DNA of 45,038 bases from Candidatus Peribacteria bacterium (GCA_009691305.1 SICS01000002.1:1-45038); one strand, 5' to 3'; counted from the stretch's first letter, positions 33,324-42,177 are shown. The notes: a model not told the origin generated them from the sequence alone. A program made the numbers and translations.

Positions 33324-34391
33324 ATGCCATCTTCACTCCAGCATCATCTCCGAATGCCAGCTGAATGGGAGCCCCACGCAGGCACCATCCTTACGTGGCC
33401 GCATAACGAGCGGCACTTTCCCGGCCTCTTCGACCAGGTTCCCGCCATTTGGGCGCGAATGATCAAAGAACTCGAAGTCGGCGAAGATGTGCATGTGATC
33501 ATCCACGATGAGGAGGCAGAGAAGTCCGCGAAAGCCGAGATGAAGAAGCTAAAGGTTCAGGGTGATCGGGTTCATCTCCATCGCATCCCGAATAACTTCG
33601 CGTGGGCGCGCGATCACGGGCCGATTGTCGTCAAAAACCGCGCGGGGGAACGCCTCTTCCTCGATTGGGGCTACAACGCGTGGGGCGGCCAATGGGAGTT
33701 TGCGCTTGATGATGCTGTGCCGACGCTCCTCGCGAAGGATCTCGGTCAACCGTCAGTCACACTGCCGATGATCCTCGAAGGCGGATCCATCGATGTGAAC
33801 GGACAGGGGACTCTCCTCACGACGGAAAACTGTCTCCTGAATCCCAACCGCAATCCGGGGCTCACCAAAGCGCAAATCGAGCAGCAACTGAAGGACAATC
33901 TCGGCGTTACGAATGTCCTCTGGCTCGGGGAGGGGATTATGGGCGATGACACGAGCGGACATGTGGACGACCTCACGCGGTTCGTGGATCCATGCACCGT
34001 CGTCACGATCATTCATGAGAATCCTGATGATCCTGATTACGAGCCGCTGCAGGAAAATCTGCGCCGATTGCAGACGATGAAAGATCAAGATGGTCAGGCA
34101 CTGGAGATCATCACCATCACGCAGCCGAAGCCCGTCCTCGTTCACGAACACAAACCGAGTAGCATGGCGGTCGTGCCGGACGAAGGCTTCCGCATTCCGG
34201 CGAGTTACGCCAACTTCTACATCGGCAACGAGTGTGTGCTGTTACCGGTCTGGGATGATCCGCAGGATGCGGCCGCGATCAAGACTCTACAGAAATGTTT
34301 TCCGAACCGTCGAATTGTGCCTATCGATAGTCGTGTGTTGACGTGGGGGTGGGGGTCGTTTCATTGTGCGACACAACAAATCCCCAAGTAG
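33324..34391 (+). CDS. aguA: agmatine deiminase
   Basis: MPAEWEPHAGTILTWPH N-terminus and C-terminal GSFHCATQQIP with the catalytic Cys, typical of the PAD_porph/agmatine deiminase family. Confidence 0.92.
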   Translation: MPSSLQHHLRMPAEWEPHAGTILTWPHNERHFPGLFDQVPAIWARMIKELEVGEDVHVIIHDEEAEKSAKAEMKKLKVQGDRVHLHRIPNNFAWARDHGPIVVKNRAGERLFLDWGYNAWGGQWEFALDDAVPTLLAKDLGQPSVTLPMILEGGSIDVNGQGTLLTTENCLLNPNRNPGLTKAQIEQQLKDNLGVTNVLWLGEGIMGDDTSGHVDDLTRFVDPCTVVTIIHENPDDPDYEPLQENLRRLQTMKDQDGQALEIITITQPKPVLVHEHKPSSMAVVPDEGFRIPASYANFYIGNECVLLPVWDDPQDAAAIKTLQKCFPNRRIVPIDSRVLTWGWGSFHCATQQIPK

Positions 34392-34420
34392 GGAAAAGAA
34401 ACCGGAAACCAGAAGCCAGG

Positions 34421-34801
34421 TTAGGTGAGGGGTTGAGGTTGAGGTGTGTAGTATTTTTGGATGATGGAATGGAAAATAAGTTTCAAACTTCGAGCTTCTT
34501 TCAGGAGCGATAGTCGCTCTTGCTCAAGAGCTGGTTCAAGTCTCATATCAAACATGTCTAACCAGAACATGGATTCCTTTGCCTCCTTCCGGGAAATTTT
34601 CAGATGGTATGCACAATCTTTCTTTGTGAACGCTTCGTTGGCCTCAATATAGTTAGCACCGACAGAACCTGATGATCGAAGGAGCTGTTTTGCGTCATCA
34701 GAGTAGGCAAGTTGCTTCGGCAATTGATGGAGCCACCGGCGGATGTTTTTGCCAAAGTCAGCAGTCCTTTCGGCCAGATCCTGTCTTTCAGCATTCGTCA
34801 T
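34421..34801 (-). CDS. four-helix-bundle protein (23S rRNA intervening-sequence protein family; Avd-like)
   Basis: QLLRSSGSVGANYIEANEAFTKKDCAYHLKISRKEAKESMFWLDMF matches the family pattern. The C-terminal TPQPQPLT is encoded by the flanking repeat array. Confidence 0.8.
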   Translation of the reverse strand: MTNAERQDLAERTADFGKNIRRWLHQLPKQLAYSDDAKQLLRSSGSVGANYIEANEAFTKKDCAYHLKISRKEAKESMFWLDMFDMRLEPALEQERLSLLKEARSLKLIFHSIIQKYYTPQPQPLT

Positions 34802-34898
34802 GCCATTACCATATGTGACTTACAGATGGCGGAAACGCAGTTAGAAATAGAAAAAATGATCGTGCCTAACTTTTTATCTAATGTAAGCCAAAAAATCA

Positions 34899-34920
34899 GT
34901 TCCACACCCCCATGGAACAT
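34899..34920. promoter_or_regulatory. palindrome GTTCCACACCCCCATGGAACAT upstream of 4HB gene 2
   Basis: Identical 22-mer at 39199-39220. About 100 nt upstream of the 4HB start. The adjacent block 34869-34890 is 19/22 identical (inverted) to 39228-39249. Confidence 0.6.
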
Positions 34921-34997
34921 ACCCCATACCTTGTACTTTACCCGGCTTCTAAGACCTGGATTCTCGTACCTTTTGCCGATTCTCGTCACAAATTCAT

Positions 34998-35025
34998 TTG
35001 ACCTCCACCCGGATCTCTTTACAAT
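34998..35025 (+). promoter_or_regulatory. candidate sigma-70 promoter for rpoB (TTGACC-N16-TACAAT)
   Basis: TTGACC at 34998-35003 and TACAAT at 35020-35025, about 110 nt upstream of the rpoB ORF. Confidence 0.4.
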
Positions 35026-35135
35026 CTCCCCGTTATCTCGCAGTGGCTTCGATTGTGTTGTGAGTGCTGCGTCCCGGTTCTGTCATGCGTCGTCATGCGA
35101 CGGTGCGTGGCCACTCCTTTTTCCCTCCTTATTGT

Positions 35136-38100
35136 ATGGCGAAGAAAGCGAAGAAGTCCCTCAAAAAATCCAAGCCCGCAAAAGCGGTGAAGAAGGTTGT
35201 CAAAAAGGTCGCCCCCAAAAAGGTAGTGCCGAAGGCCGCCATCAAGGCTGCAGCCCCCGCCGCACGGCCAGGATCGAAATTTCAATTAAAAAAAGGAGGG
35301 GGAAAGCCGGTGGAGCAGCAGGACATCCTGAGGCCGCTCAAGAAGTTGAACGTCCCGAAGAAGCCCTACCAGATGCATGTAGATGAAGAGGTGGTGCCGC
35401 ATGTGCACCCGCACGTGATTCCGCCCGCGGGACGCACGCCTGCGGTCTTCGCGCGGTTGCCGGACTTGCCACAGCCCAAGAAAATTGAAATGGGGCGCGT
35501 GTTGTTGGTTGAACAAGACGATCACTCGCACGTGCCATCACTCATTGAAATGCAGATCCTCAGCTACAAGTGGTTCCTGACCGAAGGCCTCAAGGAACTA
35601 CTGGAAGAGATCACGCCGATCACGGACTTCTCGGGCAAAAAGCTCGAGCTCCGCATCCTCGGCCACACCTTCGACGTTCCCAAGTACGACCCCGAGACCT
35701 GCAAGCGCCGCAACCTCAGCTACGAAGGTGCCATGAAGGGTTACGTCCAGCTGATCAACCGCGAAACGGGTGAAATCAAGGAGCAGGACGTATTCCTAGG
35801 CTCCATCCCGCTGATGACCGATTCCGGCACATTCGTCGTGGACGGCATCGAGCGCGTGGTCGTCCACCAATTGGTCCGCTCCCCGGGCGTGTTCTTTAGC
35901 AAGATGCCCGACCACCCCAAGTACCATGCCGCCAAGATCATCCCGAAGCGCGGCGTGTGGCTGGAAATCGAGACGGACCGCCGCGGCATCATCAGCTGCA
36001 AGATCGACCGCAAGCGCAAGATCCCCATCACGCAGCTGCTCCGCGTCTTCGGCTACGCCGGCGATGGCCAGATCCTCGACCTCTTTAAGGACATCACGAA
36101 CCCCGACCACGATTACATCCTCACGACCCTCGAGAAAGATCCGGTCCGCACGGTCGAAGAGGCGTACCAGAGCGTCTACCGCAAGATCCGCCCCGGTGAC
36201 CTTGCGACGCCCGAAAACGCCAAGCAGCTGATCGATTCCCTCTTCTTCGACTTCAAGAAGTACGACATGGGCTCCATCGCCCGCTACAAACTGAACCGCC
36301 GCTTCAACCTCAAGACGCCAAGCGACGAAGCACACCGCGTCTTCCAGGTCAGCGACTTCCTTGAGATCCTCCGCGAACTCGTCCGCCTCAACAACGGCGT
36401 CGGTGTGGCCGATGATATCGACCACCTCAGCAATCGCCGCGTCCGCTCCGTCGGCGAACTTGTGCAGAACAAGTATCGCGTGGGCCTCGTCCGCACCGAG
36501 CGCATTGTCAAGGATCGCATGACCGTGATGGACATCGAGACCGTCACCCCCACCCAGCTCATCAACTGTCGCCCGATCACGGCCGCGATGCGCGAATTCT
36601 TCGCGAGTTCGCAGCTCTCTCAGTTCATGGACCAGACGAACCCGCTGGCCGAACTCGCCCACAAGCGCCGCCTCTCGGCGATGGGTCCCGGAGGACTCTC
36701 CCGCGAGCGCGCGAGCTTCGACGTCCGCGACGTGCACACCAGCCACTACGGCCGTATCTGTCCGATCGCGACTCCTGAAGGTCCGAACATCGGTCTCGTC
36801 GTCCACTTGGCAGGGTTTGCCCGCGTGAACGAATACGGATTTCTCGAGACCCCGTATCGCGAGGTGAAACACACGATTCCGCTCGATCCCGACAGGCTTC
36901 TCGGCCGCATCCTGGACGTCACAGTAAAGGAGAGCCGCAAGGTGGTCGCCAAGGAAGGTGAGGTGATCGATAAGAAGGATTTGGCACGCAAAATCGTCTC
37001 GATCCTCAAGAAGGAAGGCGCCAAGGACATCGCCGTGCGCGCCTACATCACGAGCAAAGTCATCTACGTCGACGCCGAGCAGGAGCGCCACCTCACGATC
37101 GCCCAGGCTGAAACGCACACCAGCGAGTTCGACGAATTCATGACGACCCGCGTTTCCTCCCGCAAAGCAGGGGAGCCGCTGCTCGCCCATGTCCGCGACA
37201 TCACGCACGTCGACGTTTCGCCCCGCCAGATCCTCTCGATTTCCACCTCTCTCATCCCATTCCTGGAGCACGATGACAACACCCGCGCATCCATGGGCAC
37301 GAACATGCAACGCCAAGCCGTCCCGCTGATCAAGCCGCACTCGCCGCTCGTCGGCACCGGTATCGAAGGCCTCGCCGCCCGCGCATCGGGCCACGCGCTC
37401 CTTGCCGAAGAGGACGGTGAAGTTACCGCCGTCGATTCGCGCGAAGTCTCCGTCGTCTACAGCTCGGGAAAGAAGCGCACCCACAAGCTCCACACATTCG
37501 TTCGCAGCAACCAGGGCACGTGTTTCCACATGCGTCCTCGCGTGTTGCGCGGCCAGAAAGTCCGCCGTGGCGAACCGCTCGCTGATGGCGCGTCTGTTGA
37601 GGACGGCGAATTGGCACTCGGGCAGAACCTACTTGTCGCCTACATGTCGTGGGAAGGCTACAACTTCGAAGATGCTGTCATCATCAGCGACCGCGTCGTG
37701 GAGGAAGGGTTCTTCGACTCCGTCCATATCGAGTCCTACATCACAGACGTGCGCGATACCAAACTCGGACCAGAAATCGTCACGCGCGACATCCCGAACG
37801 TCGGCGAAGCAAAACTCAAGGATCTCGGCACCGACGGTGTCGTCCGCATTGGTGCGACCGTCCACGAAGGCGACATCCTGGTCGGCAAGATCACGCCGAA
37901 AGGGGAGACCGAACTCACCCCTGAGGAACGCCTTCTGCAAGCCATCTTCGGCGACAAGGCGAAGGATGTGAAAGATTCGTCCCTGCGTCTCCCCGGCGGT
38001 GCTGGCGGAAAGGTGGTCGACGTCCACATCTTCGACCGCGCGGAGGGCGACGAACTGCCTACGGGCGTCATCAAGCAGATCAAAGTCTTCGTCGCACAGA

Positions 38101-39065
38101 CCCGCAAGATCCAGGTGGGTGACAAGATGGCCGGCCGCCACGGGAACAAAGGCGTCGTGTCACGCGTCGTCCCGCGCGAGGACATGCCGTTCCTCGCGGA
38201 CGGCACACACGTCGATATCATCCTGAACCCGCTCGGTGTCACCTCCCGCATGAACATCGGACAGATCCTCGAGACCCACTTGGGTTGGGCATGCAAAGAG
38301 CTCGGCATCAAGATCGCGACGCCGCCGCTCAACGGGATCTCCCCCGAACAGATCGATGAATTCCTGAAGCAGGCAAAACTTCCCAAGTCCGGGAAGATCC
38401 AGCTCTTCGATGGTCGCACCGGCGAACCGTTCAAGTACGAGACGACCGTCGGGCAGGTGTACATGCTCAAACTTCTCCACCTTGTCGAAGATAAGATCCA
38501 CGCTCGCTCTGTCGGACCGTACTCGCTTGTCACCCAGCAGCCGCTCGGAGGCAAGGCGCAGCACGGAGGACAGCGCTTCGGGGAAATGGAAGTGTGGGCG
38601 CTCGAGGCCTACGGCGCCGCATACACGCTGCAGGAAATGCTCACGATCAAGTCCGATGACGTCATCGGCCGCAGCAAAGCGTACGAGGCGATCGTCAAGG
38701 GCGAACCGATCCGCCGTCCGTCCATTCCGGAATCCTTCAACGTCTTGGTGAAAGAACTCCAAGCGCTGGGTCTCAAAGTCGAACTGCTCAAGTTCAAGGA
38801 GGAAGTCGCTCCCGAGGAACGCGTGACGGTCGACGAAGGCGTCATCGAACCGGTCGAGCTCAGCTCCCGTATCGAGGCGGAAGAAGCCGCCGAAGGCGCG
38901 GTGCCCGAGGCCGACAAGATCGCCGAACTGGAGGAGATCAGCACCGAGCCCATCGAGGAAGTGATCGCCGGCATCGAAGAAGGCGCCGAGGTCGAAGCCT
39001 CCGGCGAAGGGGCCAAACAAGAAATGCAGGATGCCGCGAGTGAGGAAGCGCAGGAAGCGGCGTAA
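35136..39065 (+). CDS. rpoB: DNA-directed RNA polymerase subunit beta, with Lys-rich N-terminal and acidic C-terminal extensions
   Basis: Canonical RpoB blocks (SLIEMQILSYKWFL, RMNIGQILETHLGW, GGQRFGEMEVWALEAYGAAYTLQEMLTIKSDD). In-frame N-terminal MAKKAKKSLKKSKPAKAVKKVVKKVAPKK... and about 88 acidic C-terminal residues. Alternative core start at ATG 35490. Confidence 0.95.
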   Translation: MAKKAKKSLKKSKPAKAVKKVVKKVAPKKVVPKAAIKAAAPAARPGSKFQLKKGGGKPVEQQDILRPLKKLNVPKKPYQMHVDEEVVPHVHPHVIPPAGRTPAVFARLPDLPQPKKIEMGRVLLVEQDDHSHVPSLIEMQILSYKWFLTEGLKELLEEITPITDFSGKKLELRILGHTFDVPKYDPETCKRRNLSYEGAMKGYVQLINRETGEIKEQDVFLGSIPLMTDSGTFVVDGIERVVVHQLVRSPGVFFSKMPDHPKYHAAKIIPKRGVWLEIETDRRGIISCKIDRKRKIPITQLLRVFGYAGDGQILDLFKDITNPDHDYILTTLEKDPVRTVEEAYQSVYRKIRPGDLATPENAKQLIDSLFFDFKKYDMGSIARYKLNRRFNLKTPSDEAHRVFQVSDFLEILRELVRLNNGVGVADDIDHLSNRRVRSVGELVQNKYRVGLVRTERIVKDRMTVMDIETVTPTQLINCRPITAAMREFFASSQLSQFMDQTNPLAELAHKRRLSAMGPGGLSRERASFDVRDVHTSHYGRICPIATPEGPNIGLVVHLAGFARVNEYGFLETPYREVKHTIPLDPDRLLGRILDVTVKESRKVVAKEGEVIDKKDLARKIVSILKKEGAKDIAVRAYITSKVIYVDAEQERHLTIAQAETHTSEFDEFMTTRVSSRKAGEPLLAHVRDITHVDVSPRQILSISTSLIPFLEHDDNTRASMGTNMQRQAVPLIKPHSPLVGTGIEGLAARASGHALLAEEDGEVTAVDSREVSVVYSSGKKRTHKLHTFVRSNQGTCFHMRPRVLRGQKVRRGEPLADGASVEDGELALGQNLLVAYMSWEGYNFEDAVIISDRVVEEGFFDSVHIESYITDVRDTKLGPEIVTRDIPNVGEAKLKDLGTDGVVRIGATVHEGDILVGKITPKGETELTPEERLLQAIFGDKAKDVKDSSLRLPGGAGGKVVDVHIFDRAEGDELPTGVIKQIKVFVAQTRKIQVGDKMAGRHGNKGVVSRVVPREDMPFLADGTHVDIILNPLGVTSRMNIGQILETHLGWACKELGIKIATPPLNGISPEQIDEFLKQAKLPKSGKIQLFDGRTGEPFKYETTVGQVYMLKLLHLVEDKIHARSVGPYSLVTQQPLGGKAQHGGQRFGEMEVWALEAYGAAYTLQEMLTIKSDDVIGRSKAYEAIVKGEPIRRPSIPESFNVLVKELQALGLKVELLKFKEEVAPEERVTVDEGVIEPVELSSRIEAEEAAEGAVPEADKIAELEEISTEPIEEVIAGIEEGAEVEASGEGAKQEMQDAASEEAQEAA

Positions 39066-39075
39066 ACGGAATCTC

Positions 39076-39190
39076 TACCCCCTCCCCCAGCCCCTCCCCC
39101 TGAGGGGAGAGGGGAGTTGGGGTATCTCCACAATTCAACAAGCCCCTTTCTCCCGCGCACGGGGGAAAGGGGTTGGGGATAGGGGGTTTT
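39076..39190. repeat. CCCCNNN / GGGGNNN heptamer-type hairpins after rpoB
   Basis: TACCCCCTCCCCCAGCCCCTCCCCCTGAGGGGAGAGGGGAGTTGGGGTA (39076-39123) and CCCCTTTCTCCCGCGCACGGGGGAAAGGGGTTGGGGATAGGGGG (39143-39186). May also act as the rpoB terminator. Confidence 0.6.
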
Positions 39191-39196
39191 GAGTGG

Positions 39197-39260
39197 ATGT
39201 TCCACACCCCCATGGAACATCCGAACGTGGCTTACATAAGAGTAAAAGTCTCCATCTCAA
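39197..39260 (+). promoter_or_regulatory. cassette-type palindrome plus conserved leader block, oriented toward ssb
   Basis: ATGTTCCACACCCCCATGGAACAT (39197-39220) followed by TGGCTTACATAAGAGTAAAAGT (39228-39249). Both match the region upstream of 4HB gene 2. Confidence 0.55.
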
Positions 39261-39333
39261 AAAGTGATCTTCTCCGACCCCCCTCCCGCGATCAGCCGGG
39301 ACTTTTTACGATGATCGACCGCTCTTTCTCCTC

Positions 39334-39351
39334 GCAGGCAGGTATGCCTGC
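39334..39351. repeat. GCAGGCA-GGTA-TGCCTGC hairpin
   Basis: Member of the short hairpin family also seen at 5041-5062 and 43045-43062. Lies 27 nt upstream of the ssb start. Confidence 0.55.
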
Positions 39352-39377
39352 ACTTCTATTTCTTTCCCCCATTTCTT

Positions 39378-39779
39378 ATGAAATCGGTGAATACTGTCAC
39401 ACTTCTCGGGAACGTCTCGCGCGATCCCGAACTTAAATCCACCCCGACCGGGCAGACCGTCTGCACGTTCGGCCTTGCCACCAACCGCGTCTGGAAGGAC
39501 GCGAATGGCGAGAAGCAGACCCTTCCCGAGTTCCACAACGTTATCGCGTGGGCTGGGCTCGCCGATCTCTGCGGCAAGTACGTCAAAAAAGGGAAGCCCC
39601 TCTACGTGAAGGGCTACCTCAAGACCCACACCTGGGAAGACAACCAGAACAAGATGAAGCACTACATGACGGAGGTCGTCATGCAGGACCTGGTGCTCCT
39701 CGGTTCCAAGTCCGCCGCGAGCGATGCTGCGGAGGAAGTGGAGGACGAGGAAAAAGAGGAAGAGGCTGTCGCTGTGTGA
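39378..39779 (+). CDS. ssb: single-stranded DNA-binding protein
   Basis: OB-fold N-terminus MKSVNTVTLLGNVSRDPELKSTPTGQTVCTFGLATNRVWKD...EFHNVIAWAGLADLCGKYVKKGKPLYVKGYL. Acidic tail ends EEEAVAV rather than the usual DDDIPF-type tip. Confidence 0.92.
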   Translation: MKSVNTVTLLGNVSRDPELKSTPTGQTVCTFGLATNRVWKDANGEKQTLPEFHNVIAWAGLADLCGKYVKKGKPLYVKGYLKTHTWEDNQNKMKHYMTEVVMQDLVLLGSKSAASDAAEEVEDEEKEEEAVAV

Positions 39780-39794
39780 TCAGCTCTGGTAAAA

Positions 39795-39826
39795 AGCCGC
39801 GGGCAGTACTGCTCGTGGCTTTTTTA
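39795..39826 (+). terminator. rho-independent terminator after ssb
   Basis: AGCCGCGGGCAG-TAC-TGCTCGTGGCT (with G-U pairs) followed by TTTTTT. Confidence 0.6.
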
Positions 39827-39981
39827 CATTCATGAAAATTATTCCCCGAACCTTATTTAGGTTCTGCAGAAACTATTCTGCCACCTAAATCAATTAGCAT
39901 CCGTGCGTGCAACTCGTTGATTCCCTGTCCGACTGTTTCATCCAAAATTCTACAGCGTCATTTACGATTGGATCCGGGGCT

Positions 39982-40305
39982 TCATTGCGTCTCTCCATCT
40001 ACCGTCCCCTCAGAGTTCAATAATTCCTCAAGTGCGTTTCTGCATTGATTTGTTAGACCTATGCCAGCGAGAGGATCCTTGTAGAGATCCTCTATGGATA
40101 TCTTTTTTCTTTCCGCGACGTATTGTGCGTGCAGCGCCTCGGCAGTATTCCTCCTTGTGTCATTAAGAGGTAATGCGTCTGCCTTCGTGAGGAGGGCCGC
40201 AATTTTTGCGTGGTCTTCTCGAGACTTGGCATTAATCTCACGCAAAAGCCTGACTTCTGCCGCAAGCTCTTGCTCAGGCCGTATTTTTGGAGAAATCTCA
40301 GTCAT
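39982..40305 (-). CDS. hypothetical protein (107 aa, AT-richer)
   Basis: Clean ORF with helical, charged composition. TTGACA-type -35 and AT-rich -10-like sequence close to the ATG on the minus strand. No family recognised. Confidence 0.4.
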   Translation of the reverse strand: MTEISPKIRPEQELAAEVRLLREINAKSREDHAKIAALLTKADALPLNDTRRNTAEALHAQYVAERKKISIEDLYKDPLAGIGLTNQCRNALEELLNSEGTVDGETQ

Positions 40306-40391
40306 TGCCGCAGTATTATGCCATTTTTATGAATGTCAATTATTCACGTCATTTCCCCGCCTTTCCCCCTCTCCAAAAGGCTTTTTTCTCC

Positions 40392-40419
40392 TTGACCCCC
40401 CTCCCGCCCCGAGTAAAAT
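40392..40419 (+). promoter_or_regulatory. candidate rRNA promoter (TTGACC-N16-TAAAAT)
   Basis: TTGACC at 40392-40397 and TAAAAT at 40414-40419, about 310 nt upstream of the 23S 5' end. Followed by a leader hairpin ACCCGCAGGAAT...ATTCTGCGGGT. Confidence 0.4.
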
Positions 40420-40695
40420 CCCTTCGCTCTATGCAGCTTCCCGTCCACCCGCAGGAATAGTGTCGTTTTGACTACTAATTCTGCGGGTGTGCGTGAGCCA
40501 CCCGCTTTTTTTATCCCCTGATAATAAAGCAGCCTGACCGGTCGTTTGCTCGTCTGCTCGGGTGTGTGGTGCTCCTTCTTCCTCGCCGTGCTTCTTGTCA
40601 GCATCGGAAACCGTTTGTAGCGAAGACTTCTTCATCGCTACAGACACAATAAAAGAGAATCAATTCATTAGTATTTTGTGAACAAGACTGGAGTA

Positions 40696-40724
40696 GTACC
40701 CAGCTTGTAGCACATGAACAGTAT
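40696..40724 (+). other. 5' strand of the 23S processing stem (pairs with 44786-44814)
   Basis: GTACCCAGCTTGTAGCACATGAACAGTAT is complementary, apart from a few mismatches or G-U pairs, to ATACTGTTCGTGTGCTACAACTTGGGCAC downstream of the 23S. This is a typical RNase III stem arrangement. Confidence 0.7.
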
Positions 40725-41385
40725 TTTTTGAGAAATGTTACTCATCGCAACACATGGATGCCTCGACTCTGCATTCCGATGAAGGACGTGGCCAGCAACG
40801 ATATGCTTCGGTGAGCCGCTAGGCAGGCGTTACCAGCCGAAGATTTCCGAATGGGGAAACCCCACGAGAGTTCTGTCTCGTGATCCGCTCACGCGGAAGG
40901 TCACTCTGTGAACTGAAACATCTCAGTAACAGAGGAAAAGAAATTAAATTAAAGATTCCCCCAGTAGTGGCGAGCGAACAGGGATCAGCCCAAACCGCGT
41001 ACTTGTACGCGGGGTTGTAGGACCTCGATATGTGATTCCTTCCTTTATAGAAGAACGTCCCTGGAACGGGCGGCCATAGAGGGTGATAGCCCCGTAAGCG
41101 AAATAGAGGAAGACACTAGAGGAATCCTGAGTAGGGTCGGACACGTGAAATCCGGCCTGAATCCGGGTGGACCACCATCCAAGGCTAAACAGATGCAGAG
41201 ATCAATAGCGGATAGTACCGTGAGGGAAAGGTGAAAAGCACCCCGGAAGGGGGATGAAATAGTCTCTGAAATGTGTTGCGTCCAAGGAGTCGGAGCGGAC
41301 TTGTTCCGTCACGACGTTCCTTTTGCATAATGAGCCAACGAGTGTGTTCTCAGTGGCGTGGCTAAGGCAGTTTCCTAGCCGGAGC

Positions 41386-41417
<32 letters not shown>

Positions 41418-41812
41418 TCGCTGGGACACGACCCGAAACCGGGTGAGCTATCCATGAGCAGGTTGAAGCCCGCCGAAAGGCAGGTGGAGGACCGAACCAT
41501 AGCGTATCGCAAGACGTTGGGATGACTTGTGGATAGGAGTGAAAAGCTAATCGAACCCGGAGATAGCTGGTTCTCCTCGAAATGCCTTTAGGGGCAGCCT
41601 CGTCGGGCACGGCGGGGGGTAGAGCGACTGTTTGGATGCGGGAGTCACCTCGACTTACCAAATCCTGACAAACTCCGAATACCCGCCTTTAATGCCGACG
41701 GGAGTGAGACAGTGGCAGCGAATTGCCATTGTCGTAAGGGAAAGAGCCCTTACCATTCGCTAAGGTCCCAAATTATCGTTCAGTGGGAAAGGTGGTGTAT
41801 GTGCATCAACAA

Positions 41813-41843
<31 letters not shown>

Positions 41844-42177
41844 TAAAGAAAGCGTAACAGCTCACTGGTCGACGCACGTATGCGCCGAAAACTCAACGGG
41901 GCTAAACGATAAACCGAAGCGGTGGATCTCCTATGTCCTTCGGGACGTAGGTGGTGGTAGAGGAGCGTTCCGTTCAGCTGTGAAGCAGTGTTGTGAAGCA
42001 TTGTGGAGCGTACGGAAGCGAGACTGTTGGCATGAGTAACTACTAGGCAGGTGAAAACCCTGCCCGCCGAATCCCCAAGGTTTCCCACGCAACGGCAATC
42101 GGCGTGGGGTTAGTCGGTCCTAAGGTCAGGCCGAAAGGCGTAGCCGATGGATAACAGGTCAATATTCCTGTACTTCT

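Larger units (their letters stand above)
34396..34975 (-). mobile_element. four-helix-bundle gene cassette 2, with imperfect inverted repeat-array ends
   Basis: Left end GAAACCG-GAAACCA-GAAGCCA-GGTTAGG-TGAGGGG-TTGAGGT-TGAGGTG (34396-34448). The right end (34921-34975) is partly its inverse (CCTGGCTTCT versus CCCGGCTTCT). The interior is AT-richer, with the 4HB gene and palindrome 34899-34920. Confidence 0.5.

Noticed and set aside
18285-34801. The four-helix-bundle (Avd-like) genes as part of a diversity-generating retroelement.
   Set aside because: There is no reverse transcriptase gene and no template/variable repeat pair (a 100-150-nt near-duplicate differing at adenines) near either gene or elsewhere in the window.
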